A DNA stretch of 63,553 nucleotides, filler included, from Octopus bimaculoides (lineage: Eukaryota): assembly GCF_001194135.2 (NCBI RefSeq). It is 7 parts of 6 records of this genome, joined end to end, with 100 filler letters (N's around TTAATTAATTAA, not from the genome) between each part and the next. Parts side by side here need not be neighbours in the genome. Positions count along the whole stretch, not along the records: positions 1 to 15,113 come from NC_069008.1; 6 more parts are not named here. The stretch is one strand, 5' to 3'. The notes below the pieces were generated by a model. That model was not told where the DNA came from. It did not search any database and saw nothing but the letters and a program-made list of their open reading frames with translations. Positions 1-13,192 of this stretch are shown in pieces. A program made the translations under genes and the position numbers. Position 1 is the stretch's first letter, and every line of letters starts with the position of its first letter.

Positions 1-31
1 AAGAAGAAGAAATAAAGAAAGGAGTAAATAC

Positions 32-201
32 CGGCCAACGGGACTTTCTTCTGCCTGATCGTCTTCTTCCTGGCCCAAGCCAAGTCGGCGCTGAACATAA
101 TGCTAAAAAATCAAAGCTTGTGCTTTGCTGTGACATTTCAACTCCGTCGACAAGGTTTGTATCGGCGTTTGCTTCTGTCGCCTTCCCTCCTGGACTTACA
201 G
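32..201 (-). CDS. Candidate internal exon of an unidentified gene (gene X)
   Basis: Minus-strand acceptor ccccctttttttcAG at 203-202. The phase-1 frame is open (VSPGGKATEANADTNLVDGVEMSQQSTSFDFLALCSAP...). Possible donor ccg|GTATTT at 31-30. GC is higher than the flanks and the phase matches exon 3386-3499. Confidence 0.4.
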
Positions 202-349
202 CTGAAAAAAGGGGGCAAAAAGAAAAAAAGGGGGGTTAGTAAGGAAGAGTTACAACAGTTCAACAAACAGTTGGTGTATAAAGCAGGAGCAGATGAAAAA
301 AGAGAAAGAGGTGAAACAAAAGCGGATGGAAATGATTGCTAGGTAGACC

Positions 350-505
350 CTTGGTTGCGTGGTATGAAGCTTGGTTCCCAACCACACGGCCCCAGGTTCA
401 GTCCCACTGCTTCACATCTTGGGCAAATGTCTTCTATTATAGCCATGGTCTGAGCAAAGCCTTGTGAGTGTATTTGGAAGATGGAAACTATAAGAAGCCC
501 ATTAT
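350..505 (+). mobile_element. SINE family B 5' part (tRNA-like head plus CORE-like segment)
   Basis: Matches the head of the complete copy at 27053 (ggttcagtcccactgc...cttgggcaaatgtcttct...gccttgtgagtg). Confidence 0.75.
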
Positions 506-685
506 GTGTACCCTTGAGATTTTGATGATATGATTGGTGGTAAAGCTTGATCCTGAAATGTTGGGCCTCACAGAGGCAATGACAAGTGACTGAGGGCTTT
601 AACGATATGCTATGCTTGAGAAGACCCGTCAAGCCAAGTGAAACCAGAGTCATGGTCGATGCTGGTGTCACATAACAAGAACCGC

Positions 686-730
<45 letters not shown>

Positions 731-744
731 TCGTTTATTCGTTT

Positions 745-1390
745 ATTTGTTTCAGTCATGTGATTGCGGCTATGCTGGAGCACCGCCTTTAGTCGAGCAA
801 ATCAACCCTAGGACTTATTCTTTGTAAGCTAGTATTTATTCTATCAGTCTCTTTTGACAAACTGCTAAGTTACAGGGACGTAAACACACCAGCATCAGTT
901 GTCAAGCGATGTTGGGGGGAACAAACACAGACACCCAAACATATACATACATATATTCGGTGTATATTTAGAGCAATAATTAGTAATATTATGAAACCGG
1001 TATGCTTTTGAATCTTTTCAACAACTCACAATAATGACTTCTATTACCTTTATTCCTACCTCAGTTCATCTAATTGTATATATCTATCGTTACTTTTCAT
1101 AAAAAGCCTTTACTTTTTTTGATTTCCAATGTGCATTTTCGCTTATTTTTCTGCTTACTTTCCCCTTACATTTCCACGTGTAGTTTTTATTTTGTTTTTG
1201 TAATATATTTCAATTATATATATACAACGGGCTTCTTTCAGTTTCCGTCTTTGCAAATCCACTCACAAAGCTTTGGTCGGCTCGTGGCGATAGTAGAAGA
1301 CATTGCCCAAAGTGTCACACAGTGGGAATGAACCCAGAATCATGTGGTTGGTAAGCAAGCTACTTACCACACACCCACTCCTGCGCCTAT
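745..1390 (-). mobile_element. SINE family B copy interrupted by about 260 bp of AT-rich sequence
   Basis: Reverse complement of the 27053-27460 copy. 3' half at about 745-955, 5' half at about 1220-1390. Confidence 0.8.
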
Positions 1391-2304
1391 AATAATAATA
1401 ACAACAATAATAATAATAATAAAAATCACAGATATAACTTTAAGTCAAATAAATGCCTGGCCCTAAATAAGCTTTTACAACTGTTTGAAGATGACCCAGT
1501 TGTGTTAATTGAGAATATAAAATTCAGAAGCTACAACAAAAGATTTGAGACTAATATAGGAATAAAAACAAAGATCAAAAACAAAAAAAAACAAAAATAG
1601 TAATAAAATATTCATTTAACCTGACAACACCAAAAATTAGTATGGAACAGATAACAATTAGCCTACATATGATAGATTATCACCAAATTNNNNNNNNNNN
1701 NNNNNNNNNNNNNNNNNNNNNNNNNNNNNNNNNNNNNNNNNNNNNNNNNNNNNNNNNNNNNNNNNNNNNNNNNNNNNNNNNNNNNNNNNNNNNNNNNNNN
1801 NNNNNNNNNNNNNNNNNNNNNNNNNNNNNNNNNNNNNNNNNNNNNNNNNNNNNNNNNNNNNNNNNNNNNNNNNNNNNNNNNNNNNNNNNNNNNNNNNNNN
1901 NNNNNNNNNNNNNNNNNNNNNNNNNNNNNNNNATATACATATCTACATACACACACATACATATGCATATATGTATATATACATACATACATATATGTGT
2001 ACATACATACATTCATACATACATATATATACATGTGTGTCTGTGTGTGTGTGTGTGTGTGCACATTACACGGATATACAAATATCAAAATAACGTTTTG
2101 AATGACATTAACACTCGCGGCTCCCAAATTGCCACTGATCAGCAAGAAATTGATGACAGAAAGAAATCACTTACACCTAAATACCATAATTTACTCTTAA
2201 AGATCATAAAGATAATTTCTGACAGCACCTGCCTGTTATATTAATAAACCTTACAAAAACTGATATAATTAGAGTTCTCTGCAAATACCTACTAGATGAA
2301 ATTG

Positions 2305-2765
2305 TCATCATCATCGTCATTGTTTAACATTGGCTTTCCATGCTGGCATGGGTTGAATGGTTTGACTGAGAAATGGTGAGCTGGGAGGCTGCACCAGGCT
2401 CCAATCTGATCTGGCAAGGTTTCTACAGCTGAATGCCCTTCTTAACACTAACCACTCATATAGTGGGTTATTTTTATGAGCCAGTCAGGTGAAACTGGCA
2501 TTGGCCACACTCGAATGTTGCTTTTTACATGCCACTGGCACGGGTGCCAGTCAGGCAATATTGACATCAGCCATGGCTAAGGTCTCATTTGACTTGCTGG
2601 ATCTTTTCAAGCACAGCATATCTCCAATGGTCTCGGTCACTTGTCATTGCTTTGATGAGGCCTAACATACAAAAATCGTGCTTCACCACCTCATACCATG
2701 TCTTCCTAGGTCTACCTCTTCCACAGGTTCCCTCTACTGTTAGTATGTAACACCTCTTCACACAG
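2305..2765 (-). mobile_element. 3' end of an RTE-clade LINE (ORF C-terminus, 3' UTR, (GAT)n tail)
   Basis: Translation TVEGTCGRGRPRKTWYEVVKHD...MTSDRDHWR matches the RTE C-terminal G.R.RGRP...W motif. It is followed by the shared 'ggatgcccttcctaacgccaacc'-type tail seen in other copies. Confidence 0.85.
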
Positions 2766-3385
2766 CTGGATGATTTTTTACTTGGCATCAGTGCACTACA
2801 CAAGATCCAAATCAGAAAATTGAGCAACATGAGCAAAAAGTTTGTGCTGACACTCCCAAATCATTCAAGTAATGAGATGCATCCTAATTTTAGTGTCTAG
2901 TCATCGGTTGGGAATAAGATCCAACCATTGGTAACCCATAATCCTGCAAAGCAGCCTGGTACCTAAAGAGTTCAGGCGGATCCTGAGGCCTCAGACATTG
3001 TCCAAGTCTTACAATCCATTAATATAAAAATCTACCAGAAAATGACTGGTTCGAAATAAGCTTTTCTACTATGGGTGCAGGTATCATCTTAATGATCCCA
3101 ACCCTGTACCAAACAACTACCAACAGTTATTCTTCCTAAGAATGCTGAATCTCCCCCCAAAAAACCATCCCTGAGCAATTTTTTTTTTTTTGCTTTTTGT
3201 TGAAATCACTAACCTGCAACTGTTTGAGTTGGTTTGTAACCATTCTCTCATCTGTAACATTTAACCATTCTCACCAATCTCAGAAGCCCAGAAAAGGCCA
3301 TAGACATGCCAAATTCCTTCAGAGGAAACTAATGAAGTAACATAAAAAGAATTGAATGATGTCTCAGAGCTGTCCAAGTACTTAC

Positions 3386-3499
3386 ATGTATTCTTAGGTT
3401 TTGGCACTGAAGATCGTGGTTTTTTAGATCTTCCAGTTCGTTCATGTTTACGCGGTGGTTTCGTTTCGGGTGTAGCGGTGTGATCTAGATCGAATATAC
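3386..3499 (-). CDS. Internal exon of unidentified gene X (114 bp, phase 1-1)
   Basis: Strong acceptor ctctcattctttctccatctctctgcAG and consensus donor GTAAGT. Open frame (G)IFDLDHTATPETKPPRKHERTGRSKKPRSSVPKPKNT, basic and Pro-rich. Confidence 0.6.
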
Positions 3500-4319
3500 C
3501 TGCAGAGAGATGGAGAAAGAATGAGAGAGGGGGGAGAGAGAGAGAGAGAGAGGGGTGGATAGTGAGAGGGGGAGGGAGATGGGNNNNNNNNNNNNNNNNN
3601 NNNNNNNNNNNNNNNNNNNNNNNNNNNNNNNNNNNNNNNNNNNNNNNNNNNNNNNNNNNNNNNNNNNNNNNNNNNNNNNNNNNNNNNNNNNNNNNNNNNN
3701 NNNNNNNNNNNNNNNNNNNNNNNNNNNNNNNNNNNNNNNNNNNNNNNNNNNNNNNNNNNNNNNNNNNNNNNNNNNNNNNNNNNNNNNNNNNNNNNNNNNN
3801 NNNNNNNNNNNNNNNNNNNNNNNNNNNNNNNNNNNNNNNNNNNNNNNNNNNNNNNNNNNNNNNNNNNNNNNNNNNNNNNNNNNNNNNNNNNNNNNNNNNN
3901 NNNNNNNNNNNNNNNNNNNNNNNNNNNNNNNNNNNNNNNNNNNNNNNNNNNNNNNNNNNNNNNNNNNNNNNNNNNNNNNNNNNNNNNNNNNNNNNNNNNN
4001 NNNNNNNNNNNNNNNNNNNNNNNNNNNNNNNNNNNNNNNNNNNNNNNNNNNNNNNNNNNNNNNNNNNNNNNNNNNNNNNNNNNNNNNNNNNNNNNNNNNN
4101 NNNNNNNNNNNNNNNNNNNNNNNNNNNNNNNNNNNNNNNNNNNNNNNNNNNNNNNNNNNNNNNNNNNNNNNNNNNNNNNNNNNNNNNNNNNNNNNNNNNN
4201 NNNNNNNNNNNNNNNNNNNNNNNNNNNNNNNNNNNNNNNNNNNNNNNNNNNNNNNNNNNNNNNNNGAGGGGAGAGAGAAGGGATAAAGAGACAATATAGA
4301 GAAGATATATGAATGCAAT

Positions 4320-4465
4320 AATGGTTTCAAATTTTGGCACTGGGCCAGCAGTTTTTGAAGGGAGGGGCAAGTAAATTGCATTGACCACAAGGACAGACGA
4401 AATGCAGCAAAGAATTTTGCCCAGCGTGCTGCTAACAATTCTGTCAGGTTGCCACCTTAGAGATG

Positions 4466-4530
<65 letters not shown>

Positions 4531-4962
4531 CCTTTCTACTATGGGTACAATGCTTGAACTTTTATGGGGAGGTGGAGTAGTCAATTACATCAACCCAAGC
4601 ATATGACTGGTACATATTTTAATGACTCTGTAAAGATAAAAAGCAAAGTCGACTCCGGCAGAATTTGAACTCAGAACGTTAAGACAGACGAAATACCGCC
4701 TGGCGTGCTAACGATTCTGCCAATGGCCACTTTAGGGATGACAATAATAATCCTTTCAACTGGAAGCACAAGGCCTCAAATTTGGGGGAATGGATTAAGT
4801 CGATTACATCGACACCAGTGTATAACTGGTACTAATTTTATCGACAGCATGAAATGCAAAGTTGACCTCGGTGGAATTTGAACTCAGAACGGAGCGACGG
4901 GCGAAATATTGCTAAGCGCTTCGCCCAGCATGCTAATGATTCTGCCAGCTCGCCACCTTAGA
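4320..4962 (-). mobile_element. Three head-to-tail SINE family C copies (tRNA head, Meta-domain-like middle, (ATT)n tail)
   Basis: On the minus strand: A-box TGGCAGAATCG, B-box GAGTTCAAAT and a central gcctttcatcctttcggggtcgataaa-type segment. Copies are separated by (TAA)n. Confidence 0.85.
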
Positions 4963-4969
4963 GATGATG

Positions 4970-5017
<48 letters not shown>

Positions 5018-5051
5018 NNNNNNNNNNNNNNNNNNNNNNNNNNNNNNNNNN

Positions 5052-5350
5052 ATAGCTGTGGATCTACAGAATATCAAATAAACAGCTGTGGATCAACAGG
5101 TTATCAAATAAACACCTGTGGATTTATAGGATATCAAATAAACAGCTGAGAACCAGCAGGATATCAAATAAAAGCTGATAGCTGTGGATCTACAGAATAT
5201 CAAATAAACAGCTGTGGATCAACAGGTTATCAAATAAACACCTGTGGATTTATAGGATATCAAATAAACAGCTGAGAATCAGCAGGATATCAAATAAAAG
5301 CTGATAGCTGTGGATCAACAGAATAACAAATGGACAGCTGTAGATCAACA
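5052..5350 (+). repeat. 30-bp minisatellite with 126-bp higher-order period
   Basis: Unit approximately cagctgtggatcaacaggatatcaaataaa. 'atagctgtgg' recurs at 5052, 5178 and 5304. Confidence 0.9.
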
Positions 5351-5749
5351 AGGTTGGTGTGAGAGGCCAGATCTGGCCAGTTTGAGCATAAAGCAGACAG
5401 AATACTTTTGACTGGATATAACCGGTTTAAATGTGAAACAGTTAAAGGAAATAAATCCTACCTTTAGCATGGCGTTTCTTATCCATTACCATGTTGAACA
5501 TGGCAGAGATTTCATCGCACTTGCTTTCATGCACTGTCTCTTCAAGTTCAGACCGCTCCATACTCAATAGCTCAGACAGCTCGTCAAGCGTCTGAAAGAC
5601 GAAGAAAATGAAAAAAGAGAAAAAAAAAAAAATGAGAAAAAAATAAACAAAAGTTAATTATTATTGTCTGGTCTGTGTCATAAATACACATGTATTAACA
5701 TGCATAGATATGTTCACGTATAAATAATAATAATAATAATAATAGTAAC

Positions 5750-6680
<931 letters not shown>

Positions 6681-6717
6681 AATGATGATGATGATGATGA
6701 TGATGATGATGTTAAAA

Positions 6718-6758
<41 letters not shown>

Positions 6759-6804
6759 TAATAATAATAATAATAATAACAACAATAATAATAATGATGA
6801 TGAT

Positions 6805-6996
6805 ATTGATAAGTTCATAGAAATTGAAAAAAATGTGGCATCTCAATGTGGTTACAATACCAGTGGTTGTAGAAGCACTAGGAATGATTAAGAAAGGAGC
6901 TGAAAATTATCTGAGAGTGATTCCTGGCTTACCATCCCTGCAAAAGATTGTTTTAACTGGTAGGTCACACAAACTGAGAAGAGCATTGTCAATGTA
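6805..6996 (+). mobile_element. R4/Dong-like non-LTR retrotransposon C-terminal (restriction-like endonuclease) fragment
   Basis: Frameshifted translation ..KMWHLNVVTIPVVVEALGMIKKGAENYLRVIPG...QKIVLTG..H.LRRALSM*. Preceded by (TAA)n. Confidence 0.8.
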
Positions 6997-7234
6997 AGAC
7001 TGGTTAGTACCCATGTATTTTAATTTTCTAAATTTTTATTCTGTTTTATTCTTTTTCAGCCCCACATAACATCGTTTCATTTTGAAAATGAACACTCTGG
7101 TGGTGTGTTTAGATAAATGGCCTATAAATGTATACAGCGAGTTTCTTTGCCCTAGGAGTTGAGAAGACATTCAACAAGAAATGGAAACAAAATTAAAAAA
7201 AAAAAAAGAAGAAAAGCTAATAATACTAGTAATC

Positions 7235-7278
<44 letters not shown>

Positions 7279-7519
7279 CATCATCATCATCATCATCATC
7301 ATCACCATCATCATCATCGTTGCTTAACGTCTGCCTTCCATGCTAGCATGGGTTAATGATAATGATGATAATAATAATAATAATAATATTAATAATAATA
7401 ATAACCCTTTCTACAACAAGCACACAGTCTGAAATTTTGGGGAAGGGGACAAGTCGATTACATTGATTACATTATCAAAAGTACTTTTAAACGTACATAA
7501 TAGCCAACACCTTTTATTG

Positions 7520-7729
7520 TCATCTTAAGATCACACTATCATCTTGTCATCAAATTACTTTTAAAAACAAACTTTTAATTTTCTTATATTTTCGCAGACA
7601 CTCTCTAGAACAATAACCAAGATGTGCTATCCTAGTCATAATACTGATTTGAACCTCTAACTTGTCTCTTCAGATCTCTGGGTGAGACTTGGAGTCAATT
7701 TATACAAATACAAAGCAAAAGCTAAACAG

Positions 7730-7804
<75 letters not shown>

Positions 7805-8162
7805 TGCTGGATCATAGATATAGCATGCCCAGGTGACAACAAGGTATGTGATAAGGAAGAAAGAAAAGTCGAGAGATATGACAGGTTAGCTTGGGAAGTT
7901 AAGCCGTTGTGGTCGATTAAAAAGGTAGCAGTAGTACCAATAATTGTCGGAGACCTGAGAACAGTGAACAAAAATCTAGAGAAGTACGTGGAACAAATAG
8001 GGGCTGCAATAAGGGTGGAGCACTTGCAGAAAACAGCACTGCTTGGAACCGCTCGAGTACTCCGGAAGGTGCTTGGAAAATAAGAAGTGTTACCTTAGTT
8101 CACTGGTACTGAACAGCTGACACTGTAGTACATCTCCAGCGTTAGAAGCTGTGCAAAGGCAA
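7520..8162 (+). mobile_element. Two stacked R4/Dong-like pieces: a 3' UTR with (TAA)n tail, then a 5'-truncated RLE fragment with 3' UTR
   Basis: 7805-8083 encodes CWIIDIACPGDNKV..KE.RKVERY..L..E...LW...VVPIIVG.L...LQKTALLGTARVLRKVL*. (TAA)n lies at 7731-7803 and after about 8176. Confidence 0.9.
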
Positions 8163-8193
8163 TGGTGGTGATGATGATAATAATAATAATAAT

Positions 8194-8243
<50 letters not shown>

Positions 8244-8254
8244 TAAGTAAATAA

Positions 8255-8440
8255 GTAAGTATGGATATGAGGTTATCGGTGCTTGGTACCAACATACACT
8301 GGAAAAGGTAATGGACAAAAAAGGGGACGGCAAAAATCTCCTGGGACATTGACTTCCAGGCAGACAAGGTATTATAGAACCAAAGGCCAGATATAATAAC
8401 CTGCAGGAGGAACAAACAAGAGTGCCTAATAATTGATGAT
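8255..8440 (+). mobile_element. R4/Dong-like fragment (W..H...WD..Q.D...RPDI...C.IID region)
   Basis: Frameshifted translation WYQHTLEKVM...KISWDIDFQADKV..QRPDIITCRRNKQECLIID. Confidence 0.8.
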
Positions 8441-9219
8441 GGTAGTGGTGGTGATGATGATGATGATGATGGTGGTGACAGTGGTGGTGGTCGTCATCGT
8501 TGTTGTTGTCATTATGATGATGGTGATGATGGTGGTGGTAGTAGTGGTGGTGGTGTTGGTGGTGTTGGAGGTGGTGGTGATGGTGATCATGATGATGATG
8601 ATATACAATCAACAGACTGCTCATCATTTATCATTCTCGCTTTTAACCCTCATCTTCTTTATGCCAATGTGGGTTGGATAGGTAGACAGTGGAACAAGTT
8701 ACCACTTCATTTTCTTTGTGTTGTCTCATCTGAATCCTTATTATTATTTTTTTTTTTCATAGCTTCAATGGATAAACATTATAACAGAGACATCAACAGA
8801 CAGCAGAGAAAAAGATAATTTTTTTTGCCTCTTGGAATTCATTTTTTTCCAAGAAAAAAAAAAAAAAGAGAATATCCTAATAATACCGGGATAATTCCAT
8901 GAACAAAGACTTTCCCAGCTGAGAGTATTTTTTATGTCCGAACAGATTAATTTTGATTGAATGTGCTTTGAGAAGTTATAAAATATATCACTGGTTTCTC
9001 ATTTGAATCACAGAAGCAAAGACACAGAACTTATATCACGTTGGTAGAGCTTTTGCAACAAGACACAGATGTTGTGTTCAGTGCATAACATCGCTTTGGT
9101 TAGTGACTAGCCATTATGGAAATGCAAGAAAATATCAAAGAAAGAGCTTAATCCGACTTTACTACATCTTTTCATAGATTTCTTAAGTTGCCCCTTTAAA
9201 AGTCACAGAGATGGAATGG

Positions 9220-9660
9220 TTTAACCTTTTAGTATTCAGATTGGCCTGTCAAATATAATGCTTATTTATTCACATTGCCTTGAATTAATCACACATCATC
9301 TCATAGCTTCATGATTTCAATGATATGATTGTAAATTTTTAGAATGACATTGTAGAGTGGGTGTGAGAGGCTGGATCTGGCCTGTCCAGACATAAAACAA
9401 GTTGCATTTTGGGGTTAAATATGACCAGTTTAAAAAGTTAAATGGTTCGCCCCTTAGCATTCAGATGACTGTCAAATGTAAAGCTCGTTATTTCCCGTTG
9501 CTTTGAATTAATCAAGTGTTATCTTGTAGTTCTGAGATTTTGATTATGTGATTGTTTTATTTTTTGAATGACATTGTAGGATAAGTGTAAGAGGTTGGAT
9601 CTGTTCTATTTGAACATAAAATAGATAGAATATTTCATCCAGTTTGTAGGTTATGCTAAG
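9220..9660 (+). mobile_element. Two tandem degenerate copies of a TTAA-flanked (piggyBac-like) MITE
   Basis: Start ttaaccttttagtattcaga / ccccttagcattcaga. Shared internal gacattgtag..gtgtgagagg.tggatctg, also seen at about 5355-5440 and 14716-14815. Confidence 0.55.
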
Positions 9661-10244
9661 AGAATCATTGTTTGAGTAGTGGCATCATCAGAGGAGGAAC
9701 AGGATTGTGGCCATGCTGGGGCACCACCTTGAAGGGTTTCAGTCAAACAAACTGACCCCAGGACTTAATTTTTAATTCTGACACTTATTCTCTCAGTTTC
9801 ATTTTCTTTTTTTTTCTTTTTTTTTTTTTGTCAGACCACAACACAATGTATGGGAAGAAAACGCTACCAACAATCCAAATAAATTGCACATGGGTCAAGA
9901 ATGAAGCTACTGACTTTTGTCCAGGGGAAAAAATTCTTCTTGACCACAGTGTCCATAACAATTCGTAGAGCCTTGGAGGGTGAAATGGGGGGGAGCTGGT
10001 AGATTGGGTGGACTGCTTTAAGAAGCAGCACATCAACATAAAGATATTGAGTTGGGTTTTTTTTAGGATAAAGACTGGAGACCTTGTGAGAATGTTTGCA
10101 AGAAAAGGGAATCCACTAAGGAAATCAAATGGTCACATAATTCTGTTGATTCAGTTGAGGGCTGAAGGTTGACCCCTAAAGAATGAGTTTAGGCCATGCA
10201 ATGGGATTTGGTTGAGTTAAGGTTATTATAAACGACAGCCATCA

Positions 10245-10530
10245 TCATTATCATCATCATCATCATCATCATCATTATCATCATCATCATCATCATTTAA
10301 CGTCTGCTTTCTATGTTGGCATGGGTTGGACGGTTTGACAGGAGCTGAAAAGCTGAAGAGCTGCACCATGCCCCAAGCGTCTGTTTTGGTATTGTTTCCA
10401 CAGCCGGATGCCCTTCTTAATACCAGCCACTTTACTGAGTGTTGCTTACGTGGGACCAGCATGAGGGCTAATTTATATGGCACAAGCACTGGCGCTCTCT
10501 ACATGAAACCGGCACAACTGTGCTTCTAAT
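10245..10530 (-). mobile_element. RTE-tail repeat (family D) with (GAT)n tail
   Basis: (cat)n-tttaacgtctgctttc.atg..gcatgggttggacggtttgac...ggatgcccttc matches 2305-2590. Further copies at about 14385-14600, 16145-16380, 18478-18583 and 20522-20680 (+). Confidence 0.75.
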
Positions 10531-11218
10531 GTGGCTCAGGAATGGGTACCTTGTACAAGGCCCCGACATGACTGTTTTTAACGTGGCACCAGAATGGGTG
10601 CTTCTTCATAGCACAGCAGAGGCATCTTTTATGCAGCACCAGAACCTGTAGGCTTGCCAAGTGGCTTGCAAGGCAAGGGCATCTCAGCTCCTAGGAAAAT
10701 AAAATCAGGAATCTAGAACAGCTGAGGAGAGACTGCATCTTCAAGAATGAGAGTAATTAATCAAGGTGTATGGAAGTTTCTAGATATCAGTAAATTTAGT
10801 GGCTGTGTTGACTGAGAAACAGGTGACATTTTGGAGTTGATGGAGAGAGTCAAGTAATGGCCAGGCAGAAATGAAAGAAAGAAAATAGGAGATAAGATCA
10901 GGAATCTAAGAAAAACTGGTAGTGTTCTGCATTGGCAAATGTGACAAAAAGAGATTAGAATGTGTTAATTTACTCAGAGAAGTAAAATACTCAATGTTTT
11001 GGACACTTGCCCTTCTTCAGAGAGAGGGAAAAATATATATTTACAGCAGCTAATATTGGGGTTACTAAGAATAAAATTAATTTATTTCTTAGTAACTCTA
11101 CATTAGTCTTTCTATATATGTTTCTCTCCAAAGAAGGATAAATGTCCACAACATTGATTTTTTTTTTCAGTCATCATGTTAAACAGTAGGGACAAGATGT
11201 AGCTCAGGATGTACTCAC

Positions 11219-11320
11219 AATGAATGGAAGATATGAAGAGGCGGTCAGATGAGGGAGGTGAGATCTTAACACTAAATGGATGGGTTATTTCGGAATGTAG
11301 AAGGCTATGTTGAAACACAC
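11219..11320 (-). CDS. Possible further phase 1-1 exon of gene X (tentative)
   Basis: Consensus donor GTGAGT and weak acceptor aatgcccAG. 102 bp open: (G)VFQHSLLHSEITHPFSVKISPPSSDRLFISSIH. Confidence 0.22.
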
Positions 11321-12015
11321 CTGGGCATTGCTAACTATGTATAACTGAGAAATGCCACATCTTAACTAATTCACAAAAACAAAATCAATCTATCTCCAAT
11401 GCAGCCAAACATCAGAATAATTAAACTTAATTCATTCCTATAAACTCATGTGAATTTATTACATGCACACTGAAGAGAAGCTTAAGAAACCAAACAATAA
11501 TTATCATACTAACATTGAATCATTTCAGATGTTTAATTCAAAATGTTTCTAAAAATGATGAAACTAGGAATTTTACAAAATAAGTTTTTTATTATGTAAC
11601 ACATCAAAAAGTAATTTTTAAGTTTTATTATTACTTAGTTAATAGAAAAACACATGACCTTTCAACATGGCCACTGAAATGATGGAGAAACCACAATAAA
11701 AAATTCACAAATGTATACACACAGACATATATAAAGAAAACTTTGTGTTTGGTGAGAAGGGCCACCAAAATTTCAAATATATCATACAGGGGTCATGGAC
11801 AAAGCTCCTGATTCATCATGTTTTTCACTAGAAATAGCAGTCAAGATTTCCTCAGCTCACACTCTTCCATTTTAGCTTCTTCTCATACACACACACACGA
11901 ACAAAGATGAAAAAAGAATTAGTTAATTAAATGTTAGAAGAAATCCAATGTCGCTGTAATGATTAAATAATGAGATGAAGGATAATTGCTGAAAAAGAAT
12001 ATGCAAAAATCACAC

Positions 12016-12065
12016 CAGGAACCTCTTTGACGATTTTAGGTCTACAAAGTTGAGGTGACCATGAG
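12016..12065 (-). CDS. Possible small exon of gene X (tentative)
   Basis: Good acceptor tttcactgtttAG and weak donor GTGTGA. Frame SWSPQLCRPKIVKEVP ends in phase 1, compatible with 3386-3499. Confidence 0.2.
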
Positions 12066-12122
12066 CTAAACAGTGAAACCATAAAAAAAGAACAACAATA
12101 ACCACATATATATACACACACA

Positions 12123-12160
<38 letters not shown>

Positions 12161-12580
12161 NNNNNNNNNNNNNNNNNNNNNNNNNNNNNNNNNNNNNNNN
12201 NNNNNNNNNNNNNNNNNNNNNNNNNNNNNNNNNNNNNNNNNNNNNNNNNNNNNNNNNNNNNNNNNNNNNNNNNNNNNNNNNNNNNNNNNNNNNNNNNNNN
12301 NNNNNNNNNNNNNNNNNNNNNNNNNNNNNNNNNNNNNNNNNNNNNNNNNNNNNNNNNNNNNNNNNNNNNNNNNNNNNNNNNNNNNNNNNNNNNNNNNNNN
12401 NNNNNNNNNNNNNNNNNNNNNNNNNNNNNNNNNNNNNNNNNNNNNNNNNNNNNNNNNNNNNNNNNNNNNNNNNNNNNNNNNNNNNNNNNNNNNNNNNNNN
12501 NNNNNNNNNNNNNNNNNNNNNNNNNNNNNNNNNNNNNNNNNNNNNNNNNNNNNNNNNNNNNNNNNNNNNNNNNNNNNNNN

Positions 12581-12619
<39 letters not shown>

Positions 12620-12920
12620 TATACATACATATATATACATAGTGATGAGACAGTGTATACATTATTATTCATTAAAGCAGCACCATAATTAGCCATTCAT
12701 TAGTGAAACATTTAACCAATCATTAGCAACCAATTAATTAACCATGCCTGATGATTGAGACAATTGTGCTGTGTACACCAAACTGTTGGATCTGTATAAG
12801 TTTTGGCAATATGTAGTGTATATGTGTGTGTCTGTATGTGTGTGTATGCGTGCAGGTTTACACACACACTCACATATGCACATATAAACATATATATACA
12901 CACACACAAACACACATGCA

Positions 12921-12967
<47 letters not shown>

Positions 12968-13150
12968 TTACATATATATATATAGGTATATATACATACA
13001 TATATACACATACATATCAGTATCAGCCTAATGACTGAAACAAGTAAACGATAAAAGATACACACATATACTCACAGACAGACACACATAAACACACACG
13101 CATATATATGTCTAATACATACATACATAAACATATATGTATATATGTAA

Positions 13151-13192
<42 letters not shown>

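Noticed and set aside
100-342. Plus-strand 80-aa ORF
   Set aside because: It crosses purine low-complexity sequence. The splice signals point to a minus-strand exon instead.
9840-10110. Minus-strand frame YLYVDVLLLKAVHP..ISPSKALRIVMDTVV, faintly like histone H2B (LKQVHP..ISSKAM.IM)
   Set aside because: It needs several insertions, has no ATG or splice support, and nothing else of a histone fold follows. Chance similarity is likely, although an HHpred search would settle it.
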